DNA of 64,000 nt. Source: Phoronis australis. Its lineage: Eukaryota; Animalia; Phoronida. Position 1 is the first letter of the stretch, and every line of letters starts with the position of its first letter. The notes below the pieces were generated by a model. It was not told where the DNA came from. It saw nothing but the letters and a program-made list of their open reading frames with translations, and did no database searches. Both the position numbers and the translations under genes were made by a program. Shown here piece by piece: positions 28,146 through 39,630 of the stretch. The DNA lies in assembly GCA_002633005.1 (NCBI GenBank), contig NMRA01000261.1, positions 513,215-577,214 of the forward strand, written 5' to 3'.

Positions 28146-29152
28146 CAGTGGCCGATCTAGGATATCACAAATGGGGGCCCAACATTTCGTCCGTAAACAT
28201 TTGCTCAAAACACGATTGTATCTATGCGCATGGCATCGAATGGGGGGTGGTCGGGAGGGGGGTTTGTCCCCCTCTCGCCCAGGAAATTGTTCTGTTTTTT
28301 CCTATAAAAATCAAGCATTTTACTTGATTCCCGAAGTATTATCCAAGAAAAAAGGCAAAGACAAAAACACGGAGACAGCGTCAAGCAGGAAAAACTGCAA
28401 GTATCACAGACTCGATCTCACGACCTGGCGAATAGAACGCGCGTGCTTTGCCACTGCACCACCACTATTTAACTCCTAATTTAATACTAAGACACGTACT
28501 TATTTATGTTCCACATCGTTTGCGCGCGAAACCACCTTCTTTTGCAATGCTTATTACTACATGTTTGATATTTTGTGCAATCAGTTCGTAACAATTTTGT
28601 TGTATTTAAAATAGTCTTCAATTGCCCAAAAGACCAAATCCGTTTTTTGTGTTGGCAATACTGACGCGATTGCCTTGGTAATCGTCTTAAATTAAGGTTT
28701 GACAAAGAGAGAATTATGAGTTTCTGAGTGATTCACTAAGGCTTCGATTAAAATTGACATCTTACCAGCAGCTTCTGTTTTTTCATCATCACTCAGATTC
28801 CATTTTCTTTAAAAAATGAAGTAATTTTCTTCATTGCAGTGAAGCAGACGACGGAAACGGAGTCATAGTGCCAAGCGCCACCGCCGGTCGCTTGGGATAT
28901 CGCGGGAGAGCTTATACTTATCCATAGTTCCGTTACGATTGCGCCGTGTTCCAAATTTGACGCTTGAAATTGAATCTGAACCCCTCCAACACTAAAACTG
29001 CACACATTTAAATCTTGTTTCAGTCATATAATTTTAATTACCAGGGTTTATTAATAAACTCAACATTTCCCTACGCTCTTGCTCAGGTTTTATTTTTTGC
29101 GGCAGCCAAGGGGGGGGGGGGGCGCTAGGGCCTCCTCCTAAATCCGCCTATG
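28146..29152. mobile_element. Possible hAT-like non-autonomous element
   Basis: Left CAGTGGCCGATCTAGG and right CCTAAATCCGCCTATG form imperfect TIRs with G-rich subterminal tracts. No clean TSD. Confidence 0.4.
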
Positions 29153-30244
29153 CTATCCCTGTGGCCGCAGCGATGCAGCATCTTTTATGCGGGCCCCTTA
29201 AGTTGTAGCTTATTTATTTGTATATGTCGTCACTGCTCTGAGAGCAGTTTTCGTATGGTCAGTAATGCACTGTTCAGGGAACAAAATAGGGATCAAACAC
29301 CCATGTCGGACAACAATCTCGGTCCTCTAAACACAGTTCACGATCCCACCAACAGCCTTGCACTCAAAAAACACGGCTTTCGCACCCCAAAAAGTACGGC
29401 TCCAGGACCCCAACGAGGTTTCGGAACACTTATGTACGAAAATTACAGACACTTCGCTGAACCATGCACATGATTTTTAGCGATGTGAGAGTGCCATCTC
29501 TTTTGATACGCAAGCCGTATCACTTGCAAGAATGTCCGGAGCCGTATTTGTAAACCATTGGGCTGATTTTACGGGTTCGCGAGCCGTTTTCACGACTGCT
29601 TGAGCCGTGTTCTTTCTGTAGTCAGCCGTTTGTTACAAGTTTGTGCACAATGCCCTCTGTCCATGTTGCTGTGTGTCATATGTTATCACTGCAAGGTAGT
29701 TCATCCGATGACCTATGGATATTATACATGTACATGTACGTCAAACAACACGGAGTTGTATTATCCCTGCTCAAGCAGTCTGTTAATAATTGCTGTATCC
29801 GAGTTTGGTGAATAAGACCGCTAAAATTCAATTTCTTGTACATTATACGAATCATGATCTTTGATCCAGGAACAAAAAGACCCTGAAGCCAAATGTCCTT
29901 GCATTCTTTAAAGGCGAAGGCAACCGTTTTCCATGTTATTTTGAGCTAAAATAAGGTGGGTTGGTTATCCTAGACATATTTTCCACTTAATTACAGCTTT
30001 TCGTAATTTTATTAATTACTCGTCCGCTACTGCGGAAGTGACGTTTTAGGAGGCAAGCGTCTCCCGCCACTTGGTTTTGCGTTGACTTTACCGTGCGAAT
30101 CTGTTCTATTCTACTTTTGTTTTGTGCTGTTTTTCAACAATTGTCGCCACACTTTCCATCGGCGAGTATTCTGCGGCAAGATAGGTTAGTAAAGAACTCA
30201 ACTAAGTTGGATTTAGGGATTGTTTAGTGTGTTGTAAGCTGAAA

Positions 30245-30540
30245 ATGGCTGGAGTCGGTGACCCGTATCACAGTGACAGTAATGTGAATGACGGAGACCT
30301 TGTTCATAGCAGTGGTGACGAGGAATTTTTTCACGGACATTCAGTGGGTGGGTACATGTTTGAGCCCGAGTATAACGAGGCAGAGTACGCACAGGCAGCT
30401 GTTGAGAGAAACGAGGCGGCTACTGAGGACAGACGTGGTGGCACATCTTGGTGCAAATGCACTGTGTGCGTTGTTATGCCTACCTCAATGGAATGCTTGT
30501 GCTGTTCAGAGTTCGACGAGGCCAAGCCACTACTGGACAT
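30245..30540 (+). pseudogene. KolX-like accessory protein N-terminal half (P2X7 C-terminal ballast-like Cys cluster), truncated
   Basis: MAGVG...GYMFEPEY...DRRGGTSWCKCTVCVVMPTSMECLCCSE matches the YxFEP...WCxCxxCxxMPTxxECxCCxE signature. It then runs into antisense transposase sequence. Confidence 0.8.
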
Positions 30541-30544
30541 GGTT

Positions 30545-31333
30545 AAGTGGACCTCTGGCATACCACGGACAGAGGAACAACTGTCCCACTTGCCAGAGTG
30601 TCCCGCGACACACTCCCACTGGATGGTGACCTGAGCACCCAAACTGCTTACATCGTGTCGTGTGACTCCCTCGCCACACACCTGGCACCTTCTAAATAGC
30701 TCCAACACTTTAGACAAGTCCACAATAAACTTATCAAAGTTTGGCTCACCGATCTGTTCACTGGACGACGAACTGTCCTCTTCACTGGGTGTCGAACTGG
30801 GCCTGTAATCACTCCCACTACTCAATATCGCTGCAGGGCTGCTTAGAGGCTCTGGGCTGGAGAAAACAGCACAGGGCGAATCACTACTGGTTCCAGGAAT
30901 TGCACGCTCTGGGGTACGTTCGGAGGCACGGGTGACAGTAGATGAAGTGCCTCCACTGGCTCCAGTCACTGTACTGGCCACAGCTCGCGAGGCTTCTCGC
31001 TTCAAAAACGCACTTCTCGGGGGGTGGCGATGGGGCACTGCCGGGAATCAACACAGACGGAATGGCATCCTTCTTCAGACGTTGTTTCGCAGGGACCTTC
31101 ATCAGTTCAGCGTACAAATCCCTTTCGTAATCGGACGGCAGAAAGTGCTTGCCACACACACGGTAATTCTCCACTGCTTTGTACGTTGCGTGGACGGGTA
31201 ACGCTGCGTTCTTCACACGAACGAGCCAAGTACGGCGAAGTGTGTCATCCATCGGAAAGCGATGCAAAGGTACTCCCAAAGCGCGCGGGAGCCGATAATT
31301 AGTACATTCCGGTACGCAGCAACAGTGTGGCAT
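30545..31333 (-). pseudogene. Kolobok transposase 5' part: THAP domain, Ser-rich linker and second Zn-binding region; frameshifted, catalytic domain deleted
   Basis: THAP MPHCCCVPEC..LHRFP..W..RVCGKHF..AIPSV. One extra base in the G-run at 31019-31024 relative to copy 3. Then KFIVDLSKVLELFRRCQVC..C..GH..W. Confidence 0.85.
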
Positions 31334-31924
31334 GTTGACTGACTAGTAAATGAAAGCAAACGACGACGGAACTTAACACAACCGAGGTAGAACAATGACT
31401 GACTCGGCAGCTCTCACAGTCAGACTATATGAAAAGAAATTGGCGCGAAATGCTTGCCTCCTAAAACGTCACTTCCGCAGTAGCGGACGAGTAATTAATA
31501 AAATTACGAAAAGCTGTAATTAAGTGGAAAATATGTCTAGGATAACCAACCAACCTTATTTTAGCTCAAAATGACATGGAAAAAGGTTGCCTTCGCCTTT
31601 AATAATAACCCTAGATCAGATTTTTTAAAGCCCGAATATAATAGCTCACTTTCTGAGCTAAATATTTGTATTTAATGTTATATTCCGTTATTTGTGCAGC
31701 AATAAAAAAATCAGATTTTCAGGGCCCCCCAGATTAATTTTCTCACAATTATTATTTTTATTTCACCAAATGTTAAGGTTCGACTGCAGCAGAGCACCAT
31801 GTTGAAAATTGTAACCGTGGTGGCTCACCATATAACAATTGTTTTAGAAGTACAACAGCTAAGACTTAACTAATAGGCACAAACAAACAACAGGCACCAA
31901 CAGAGGGCATTACAAACATGAAGT

Positions 31925-32178
31925 TTATTAAAACTACTACAAAGTTTCCATGGCACTTCAAGATTTAAGACTGTCTAACCAACGAATGCGCAGGCCGCAC
32001 ATGTGGGCCCGTTGCACTGATCACCTGGAACTATTTTTGTGCTTCATTAGGATATAGTTAAAACCGACCTGAGGAGATAGAAACCCGACTCAAGGGTCCA
32101 GCAGTGTGACCCAGTGGGACTCGAATCCACAACCTTGAGTAAAGAAGACAGGCACCATCACACTAGGCCACACTGCCT
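31925..32178 (-). mobile_element. tRNA-derived SINE in/near the ERI1 3'UTR
   Basis: Minus strand GGCAGTGTGGCCTAGTG (A-box) ... GTGGATTCGAGTCCCACTGGGTCAC (B-box), then a body and an AT-rich tail. 3' boundary approximate. Confidence 0.55.
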
Positions 32179-32301
32179 CTTTAAAGAGCCTGAGTTAATT
32201 TTTTTCAACATCAACAAGACGGTATGGCATGTCCAGCCTTGAAGAAGTAAAAAGTATCATGGTGAACACAGGAAAATTTAGAAAGTGAATTTTTCTGTTT
32301 T

Positions 32302-35300
32302 CTAGTTTTTCTGCAGTTTGTAATACCTAATCAAATCAGCAGATGCTTCAAAACAGTCCACATTACATGGCGTTCCCTCTTCCTTCAAGTTCATATTGGA
32401 CACTCCCTGCTCCAGATCCAACACATCAGCAGTTTCCTCCCCGCTACCATCCAGTAATACTGGATCACAGTCACTCTCTTCAGATGAGTCGCACGATGCC
32501 TGTTCAGCATCTTGTCTCGATACGGGCTCAACCTCTGCCAACACACAGTTCATTTCACTCAGACGTTGGAGTTTATATGGCAAGAGTCTCTCGTTAACTC
32601 TCAGTTCAGCACCATCCTCCAACATTCGAAGAACAATTCGAGCGATGTTTCTAGCATCATCCAAACCACTGTGATGCCGTCCTTCAAATGCCATGCCCAG
32701 ATTATCCAGCATCGCAGGCAAATTGAGTCTTTGAGTACCATAAAAGTTACTATAGCATTTTTTTATGTTGATCCACTTTTTGGCCCATTTAGGATACTTA
32801 ACACGACTTAGAAGGCACTGTCCAAACAAAAAGCGACTAAAATCCCAAGGCCTGAAAGATAAAGCATTTCAAAGATTGCTGGTATGCGGATTGATTTATC
32901 TGTTAAAATTAAAAAAATAAAATAGAAGGATGAAAGAATCAAAGTTGAAATACAAGCAAAGTGAATATCACATATTTTGTCAGGTATTGAAAGGGAATTC
33001 CCAGGCAAACCACCAATATTTTTAACTGAAAATAAACATTTAAGCAAACAAAAGATGACAGTTCAATCCAGTCTTTATATAGTGATAACATGTTAGAGAC
33101 ACCACTCAGCAGCTAACATTTGGTTTTGAGTGCTTTCCCTTTTTATTCTTGAGTTTGTCGGACTGTTTTGTGTGACGTTTAGAATGAGACGCTTAATATC
33201 TTCACAGTACTGTATGTGGAATAAATAAGCTCTGGAACACCCAGTTCAGGAATTCTTTGAAAAATTCAAAGATGCAATGACTGTATTACTCACCCATCTG
33301 ACAACACAGCGTATGTAGTGTTCCTATCAGTGATGATGTTGTATTGAGCTAACCATGCCTGTACACTGTGCACGACATCACAGAAGAGAGGAGCTGAGGC
33401 CACTGTTGCCTAGTGAAGGTCAAAAGGCATTGCAGTAACAGTTTACATGGTCACAACCACAAGCTTGTCACAGCTCTGATGCCATTGCACATTATAGTTA
33501 AAGGCGAAGGCAACCTTTTTTCATGTCACTTTTAGCAAAAATATGGTTCGTTGATTATCCCAGACACATTTTTCACTTAATTACAGCTTTTCGTAATTTG
33601 ATTAATTTCTCGTCCTCTACTCCGGAAGTGACATTTTGGGAAGCAAGAGTTTCGCGCCCCAATTTCTTTTCATTGTAGTCTGACTGTGAGGGCTGTCGAG
33701 TCAGTCATTGTTTTACTTCGGTCATGATAAGTTCGGTCGTCGTTTGCTTTTGTTTACAAGTCAGTCAACATGCCACGCTGTTGCTGCGTGCCGGGATGTA
33801 CTCAGTATCGTCTAACACGTGCTTTGGGTACCTTGCCTCGCTTTCTGAAGGATGACACACTTCACCGTACTTGGCTAGGTCGTTCATGTGAAGAACGCAG
33901 CGCTACCCGCTCACGCAACGTACAAAGCAGTGGAAGGTTACCGAGTGTGTGGCAAGCATTTTCTGCCGTCAGATTATCACAGAGATATGTACGCTGAATT
34001 GATGAAGGTCCCCGTGAAACAACGCATGAAGAAAGGTACCATACTGTCGCTGTTGATTCCCGGCAGTGCCCTGTCGCCAACCACAAGAAGTGCGTTTTTG
34101 AAGCGAGAAGTCTCGCGAGCTGTGGCCACTATATACAGTGACTGGAGGCACTTCATCTACAGTCACCCGTGCCTCCGAACGTACCCCCATTGCGTGCAAT
34201 TCCGGGAGCAAGCAGTGATTCGCCCTGTGCTGTTGTCTCGAACCCAGAGCATGTAAGCAGCCCTGCAGCGATGTTGAGTAGTGGGAGTGAATACAGGCCC
34301 AGTTCGACACCCAGTGAAGAGGACAGTTCGTCATCCAATGAACAGATCGGTGAGCCCAAGTTTGATAAGTTTAATGTGGACTTGTATTGGAGTTATTTAG
34401 AAGGTGCCAGGTGTGTGGCGAGGGAGTCACACGGCAGGATCTAAGCAGTTTGGGTGCTCAGATCACCCTCCAGTGGGAGTGTGTTGCGGGACACTCGGGC
34501 AAGCGGAACAGTTCTTCCTCTGTACTACGTGAGACGATAATGAGTACACCCTAGTACGCAGCAACAGCGTGGCATGTTGACTGACTCGTAAGCAAAAGCA
34601 AACGATGACCGAACTTATCACAACTGAGGTAGAACAATGACTGACTCGACTGCTCTCACAGTCAGACTATATGAAAAGAAATTGGTGCGAAATTCTTGCC
34701 TCCCAAAACGTCACTTCCGGAGTAGACGACGAGTAATTAATTAAATTACGAAAAGCAGTAAATAAGTGAAAAATATGTCTGGGATAATAAACGAACCTTA
34801 TTTTTGCTAAAACTGAAATGAAAAAAGGTTGCCTTTGCCTTTAAAGCTGAACTTCGCCCTGTTCAGCAGGTTAAAAACAAGAACATTATTAAGCCTTTTA
34901 CTCTCATAAAATCGGTGTCACAACACTCATTACCTTGATAGAATCCCATTTTCAAATTTGCCATTTTAGGATTGAACAACTCCAATACACTATGAAGCCA
35001 TTTCTTTAGCCCCTGATAGTTTTGATGTTTTTGTTGGTAATGGAAATGAAATCTTACCAAAGAAGGAATATTATGACAGAAACAGATCTCGTGATCAAAG
35101 TAAAAAGCTTAATTCGATTTTCACTTCTTATCCAACTGAACAGAGTCAATAAAATGCAGCACGTTATCACCCCATTTCAATGTTTACTCTTCTGTGCCTA
35201 CAACAGCACTTGCAGTTTGAAAGAATACCGAACATTGATTGACGTAGTACTTATCTCTCAAAGTAAATACTGGGGTGCATTTCATAAACTGAGTTTCCAT

Positions 35301-38300
35301 TCGGTAAAGCGAGTAAAAGGTGAGTGTTTTGTAAGTAGATTCTAGACCTTACCAGTGTAACCTAGCACTGACAATGAATGATAGATTGATGAGGTAGGAA
35401 TGTTGAATTATGGGACAAAATTTACGAATCATTGCGTTGAATTCACTGTTTCTGTACCATAAGCGAAGATTTCTCATCACAAGTGTATGGTTAATGTCTT
35501 GGTCAACAGAATGCAAGCTCGATTGTACAAGAGAAGGTGGGAACACAGACCAGTAGCTCCATCTAGAGGGAAGCAGGGAAAAGGCCCGTTTCACATACCG
35601 GTGGCAGCTACATTGTTTTTGGCACCTGACATGGCTAGTAATATAACAGTCTAAAGAAAGAACCAAAAACACAGCAAATGGAGAGAAGGTGGTACTGATC
35701 TTTATTTGCAAACGTTTCTGGTTATCCACCATTCTTCAAAATGCTACCACTAAATCATTTGCAAATAAACACTCAGAAGCCTCTCTGAGACTGTCTATTA
35801 TAACAGTTTTAATCCACTTCCTGGTGGTCCAACGAAACAACGGTACTTGTAAAGTTCTTGGTAAAAAAAAAGATGAAACCAATTGAACAAACAATCAAAT
35901 AGTCTAATTCAAAACTAGTATTTGTGTTTTCATTGCCCTAGCTGCTCTTCATATCAACACATTTTTAGCAAACATTACCTGAGAAATGCCAGTTAAATTT
36001 GTGCAAAATGTGGACAGTTTTGGATGAACTCTTGGCCGGCAGTAGCTATGGAAAGTGTCAACCTAAAACAGACAACAAACTTAAAATGACAATGTGCAAT
36101 GTTGCAAGAAGTCTTTGTCGAAACTGTGGACACGACTGGAGATAACAATAATGAAACAGAGCCATGATAAAACTAGGTTTCTGTCAAGAATATATTTTGG
36201 ATTTTTTGTACCATGACAAATTACCATTCATAAATTTCATTCTATGGACTGTGTGGCAGCTTCTACAGCATGACCTACCATTGCAAACTTGCTTTATTCT
36301 GAGTTGAAGTTGACTATTTTGACTTGACCTAATTATAGCCAGACAACACTTTAAAAAGAAATCACAAACGGAGAAGTGTAATAATACTTACAACTTCCAG
36401 TTTGGCTGTGTCAATCATCACCACAGGGAACTCAATGATTTCATGTTTAAATTTATGAGGATTGTACTCGTTGCACGTGGCTTCGAAGTCAACAACCAAG
36501 ATGTAGTTGTAAAACACGTCGGATTGCGTACTTGACTTGATATTTTCTTTTGCAAGTTTCTGCTTTTTGTAGTAATTTTTCAGCCTTTTCTTGAGAACGT
36601 CTTTGACACCTCTGAAAACATGTCCAACTGGATATTTTAATTGACAGTGAATTTAGAGACTGGCCTTATCAGTTTCACATAAAAAGAAAATGACAATGCA
36701 AGGAGAGGCACCCATACAAGACAGAAAAAGTGCACTATGCTTATCTGCTTAATAGTCTGATCTATCACTGCACTTTTTCAGCACACCACTCGTGGAAAGA
36801 GGAAGTGAAACAACACTGATGACCTCGATCTGTAAAAAAGGGTGTATACCACAGGAGTGGCCATTACTTTGTAGACTTTCATTTGGTCACCAAGCATATG
36901 TTACATACCTTGATTCAAGTGATGTCTGCCCTACGTGGAAAGTGAATTCAGAAAGTCAGTATCAATACAACATACATGAAACAACTACTGACAGAATGAC
37001 GAATACAACAGCTGTTTTTCTTCCCAGTCGGCAAGTCTCCCACGAAAGTCATAGAGAATGTAGTACACATTTCTACTTCTAACAAAGAGTTCATTTTTTA
37101 TCAAAGTTTCATTCATGTTTTACCAGTTCAAGGCCAAATCTTTATTTATTGCATCATTGTTTCTAATACCTCTATCAACAAAATTTGTGCTATGAAAAGA
37201 AGAAGTAATGGTTGCGAGGTAGTCTTTGCCCCTATCCATCCCAGAATGCATTGCACACAAGACCAAGAAAAGCTATCTAGAAAAAGGACTAATAAAAGTA
37301 AAATCTCACCAATTACGGACACAATGTGGTTGTTATGTAATGATATTACGTGATATGCAGAAATGTGTAGTATGCGAAATATGATTTAATGATATACCAT
37401 TTTGGCATGAGTGCATTTCACTTTAAAAAAGACATACTAGTACATTTGCTTCAACCTGTCGCTTTGTCATCTTGATTTGCTACAGTGGCCAACCAATGGG
37501 ATTTAATTTTTTCCTTGGAACATAGCAGCACCAAATTAGATCATGCATTTCCATGTTCACGTTTTGTACCACAGCTACCATCAGACACAGTTTTAAAAAA
37601 CATGTGAGCATCCAAAATAATATTAGAAGGCCTTGAAAATGAAAAAACGGAATTTTTGGCTATTATTTTTGTTCGAAATTGCTGAAATTTTACTGTACTT
37701 CCTAATAGGTCACCAGCAACAGTAACACTTACCTGGTGTCAAGCCTCAGTGAGGCCAATTTATCCTGCAAATCCTGTTTTGTCATTCTGTTAACTTCTCC
37801 ATTCATGATGGACAGTTTCTTGTAAACTGGGTGATCAAATGCACCANATAGAGTTGTACAAAGTTGTGTTACCAAGACTGAAAACTATATGTAACTGTCA
37901 TACTCAGAAATGCTAACACATAATATTCATATTTTTTCAAAGTAAAGCGCTGATGACCCCAGGTAATCAAATATGGGTATTTGCCTTCTATAATTGTATT
38001 GTTCGACATTTGATACTGTTTGTATCTTGCTGACAGTGGTGTGCTCTCACTAATGACAAAGCACAAAATGAAATTCACTAAAACCTGGGAAATTGATGAC
38101 TCTGCCAAGTTAACAGAATGAGAAGGATCCTCCTTGGATGAACTTGGTCATGACCTTGACAGAATGAGAAGGATCCTCCTTGGATGATCGTGGTCATGAC
38201 CTAAGCAAAATGAGGATCCTCCTTGGATGCACTTGGTCACGACCTTAACAAAATGAGAAGGATACTCCTTGGATGAACTTGTTCATGAACTTAACAGAAT

Positions 38301-38407
38301 GAGAAGGATTCTCCTTGGATGAACTTGGTCATGACCTCGATGATGGTAAATGATACAGAATCCTTGCGCTGAAGTGTACTTACCGCGGCACTGTCAGATG
38401 AAGCCAT
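32302..38407 (-). CDS. ERI1: 3'-5' exoribonuclease 1 (ERI1/3'hExo; SAP + DEDDh). Exons 38407-38384 (tentative), ~37846-37733 (5' edge at an N join), 36611-36392, 36062-35979, 33409-33294, 32851-32302
   Basis: Spliced translation gives FDHPVYKKLSIMNGEVNRMTKQDL..LDTRGVKDVLKKRLKNYYKKQKL (SAP), VVDFEATC..HEIIEFP (ExoI), FCTNLTGISQ, SDGPWD (ExoII) and GRHHSGLDDARNIA (ExoIII). The last four introns are GT-AG with consistent phases. Confidence 0.95.
33502..34840 (+). mobile_element. Kolobok-type non-autonomous fold-back element (copy 2) in an ERI1 intron
   Basis: TTAA flanks (33498-33501, 34841-34844) and the same termini as copy 1. ~315-bp TIRs include the THAP start codons at both ends. Frameshifted THAP-transposase stub on +. 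Confidence 0.9.
38108..38337. repeat. ~45-bp minisatellite, ~5 copies, in an ERI1 intron
   Basis: Unit approximately TTAACAGAATGAGAAGGATCCTCCTTGGATGAACTTGGTCATGACC. Confidence 0.9.
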
Positions 38408-39168
38408 GCCAACATCACCCCCAATAGAGGTTGCTGTAATGTAAAGTAGAAAATTATGCATGCAATAACTGTGTAAGAACACACAGTCAAAACTATGTCA
38501 GTCCTGTCATGGGTAAAAATGATAATTGAAAGGAAACATGTCAAAAATCATGATTTTGAAAACTGCTTCCTTGTCTAAATGAAAAGTAGTTACTTGAGAC
38601 AAACCTATGAGATTATTACGTTACTACAGTTAAATTCGCGGAATGATTGCTTGAGTTACAGCAGCAATAAACCCGCGTTCCATCACAAAAAAGTAACTTT
38701 TGATTCAGACCACTTACTGTTGTGAAACTGGTCTCAAATTGAATCTGTGTCAATTTGGAGATAACTTCAGGTCATGTGCTGTAGAATAAACACAATGGCA
38801 CGCTCATCATGTACAGGCTGTTTGCATCTTAGGCGATGGCACTACCTAATGTAGCCTACCCGTCGGAAACTTTTCTGCAAATTATGCCTCACACTGACCC
38901 TCAAAGTCACATTACTATAAGTACCTTTTGAGGGTAGGGGATACTTAGGAGCCAATTGATGTCTTTATAATTGCCCCGAATTCCAAAACTACTCCCACAA
39001 ACAACATTTCTTTCTGAATAGTCCTTACATTTACCAAAAACGGTATCTGACCCATTTTTGTTTTAATTATCACTGCAATTAAAGCATGTAATTTTTTATA
39101 TTACATCAAGGTTGACCTCCATAACCTCGGGAGTAAGGCAATCAGTGTCATGACATGTGATTTGCGGG

Positions 39169-39630
39169 TGTGACGTACAACCAGATATTTAGCCTCCCTA
39201 AATCACTTGTCAAATGCCTCTTGGCTGAGAAGTTTAGGCACTCGACTCTCACACTTGCAACCCGGGTTCAAGTCTCAGTGCCACCAAAAATTTCTGCATT
39301 GGTGCTCAACAATGGTAAGAACCCACAACAACACGGTATATCAGAACTCCTCTCCAGGCAGTCCGGAAACTGCAGGGGAAACCCAGACTAGAGATGTAGC
39401 TGACCTGAGAGGGCAGGCGGCATGCTTGATAAATAGAATGGAGAGGAGTGTTGTGACACACAACTTCCAGGTGTGACGGACAGACAGATGAAGCCTTTCT
39501 AAATCACTTCCAAGCGGCAATTGCTTCTTTGCTTAACAGTTTAGATACTCCGCTCTCACACATGCAACCTGGTTTCAAGTCTCAGTGTCACCAAAACTTT
39601 CTTCATCATTAATGCGCTACAATGGTGATC
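39169..39630 (+). repeat. Diverged direct repeat (~303-bp period), each copy carrying a tRNA-like segment
   Basis: 39216-39286 TTGGCTGAGAAGTTTAGGCAC...CCCGGGTTCAAGTCTCAGTGCCACCA has A/B-box-like motifs. A second decayed copy lies at ~39524-39593. Confidence 0.5.

Larger units (their letters stand above)
29912..31598. mobile_element. Kolobok-type DNA transposon, internally deleted (copy 1)
   Basis: TTAA on both flanks (29908-29911, 31599-31602). AGGCGAAGGCAACC termini. 147-bp near-perfect TIRs (29912-30058 / 31452-31598). Convergent THAP-transposase and KolX-like gene stubs inside. Confidence 0.9.

Noticed and set aside
30331-31038. 235-aa ORF as a real protein
   Set aside because: It is a chimera of the frameshifted transposase stub and the antisense strand of the KolX stub.
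29912-31598. piggyBac (TTAA TSD) or a domesticated host THAP/P2X7 gene
   Set aside because: The ends are AGG rather than CCY, the cargo is THAP plus KolX-like, and the ORFs are truncated inside TIRs with three related copies in the window.
39216-39286. Functional tRNA gene
   Set aside because: A/B-box-like motifs are present, but the acceptor and anticodon stems pair poorly and it sits within a decayed duplicated repeat. tRNAscan-SE would settle it.
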